Made by a program: the position numbers and the translations under genes. 64,000 nt of DNA from Gammaproteobacteria bacterium. Lineage in GTDB: Bacteria; Pseudomonadota; Gammaproteobacteria; Ga0077536. The first letter of the stretch is position 1. Each line of letters begins with the position of its first letter. Where the stretch lies: NCBI GenBank assembly GCA_965217605.1, contig CBDCJB010000004.1, positions 8,015-72,014 of the forward strand, in the 5' to 3' direction. Below the pieces are notes generated by a model. It did not search any database, was not told the origin of the DNA, and saw only the letters and a list, made by a program, of their open reading frames with translations. Shown in pieces: positions 63,541-64,000 of the stretch.

Positions 63541-64000
63541 ATGATGGCATCGATTCGGGGTATAGGCAGTCGGCGGTCTGCATACCGCGTGCGGCCGGAT
63601 TCCGTGCAGGAATTGGATCTCGCCCTGTTAGAGAAAAAATACAAGTTGGTACGTGGCAACGTCGCCGATATTGCATATGGCGGGGCGCAGGTGGAGTTCG
63701 ATAAAGACACCGCTCAACAAATCGCAAGCGGCGACAGAATCATGCTGGCGATTGCCTCAGAACGTTACGATTTCGACATGACCTTATGGGCGCGTGTCGT
63801 GGCGCGCGCCGAAGGCACCGACGAACAGGTCGTACGTCTATCATTTGAAGACGAAGAAGAAGAGCTGCTAAAACCCGAGACCGCACGCTTCTTCGAGTTG
63901 TTCAACCGCCGCGCGAAATTTCGCCAGATGGAGTCGGGATCCGAATCCTTATGCGATGCTAAGGTTGCGCCGGACGTGGATGGCCCCGAGACGGCGCCGG
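63541..64000 (+). CDS. PilZ domain protein, 3'-partial
   Basis: RRSAYRVRP (RxxxR) and DIAYGGAQV (D.S.GG) c-di-GMP-binding motifs. GGGAGG RBS. Confidence 0.6.
   Translation, partial: MMASIRGIGSRRSAYRVRPDSVQELDLALLEKKYKLVRGNVADIAYGGAQVEFDKDTAQQIASGDRIMLAIASERYDFDMTLWARVVARAEGTDEQVVRLSFEDEEEELLKPETARFFELFNRRAKFRQMESGSESLCDAKVAPDVDGPETAP

Overview
High-GC proteobacterial chromosome (gammaproteobacterium-like gene content). The window has two parts. Positions ~1-25800 are a mosaic accessory region that ends at a tRNA-Asn gene. It holds a disrupted Type I R-M locus in which three ~93%-identical copies of the hsdM 5' region are arranged in direct repeat, separated by accessory cassettes. Each cassette is led by a member of a small conserved protein family; their cargo is an AAA ATPase plus DUF4276/RloB-like pair and an orphan HigA-like antitoxin. 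An 811-aa repeat protein with a PLD-like C-terminal motif precedes the array. Several lower-GC orphan genes follow, among them a GIY-YIG protein, a Cys-repeat lipoprotein, a DUF1640 protein and a truncated phage terminase-small-like gene. The region also contains a dense nest of IS elements: three copies of an IS1380/IS4-superfamily-like IS with CTAG target duplications, remnants of IS256, IS21, IS3 and a possible IS6-like element, and several conspicuous inverted or direct repeats. Positions ~25900-64000 are housekeeping genes: aspartate aminotransferase, uvrB, an RND efflux pair, tRNA-Val, thrS-infC-rpmI-rplT-pheST-ihfA, tRNA-Pro, a DegT aminotransferase, glmS, a TonB receptor, guaBA, xseA, lipAB-ybeD, an ABC-2 transporter and a PilZ protein. 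More IS1380-like, IS3 and IS21 debris lies downstream of glmS and next to guaA. Oddities in this part are a frameshifted rpmI, guaA with no canonical start codon, an att-like duplication with a 34-bp perfect hairpin at tRNA-Pro, and a MITE-like element after glmS. No CRISPR array or rRNA was seen.
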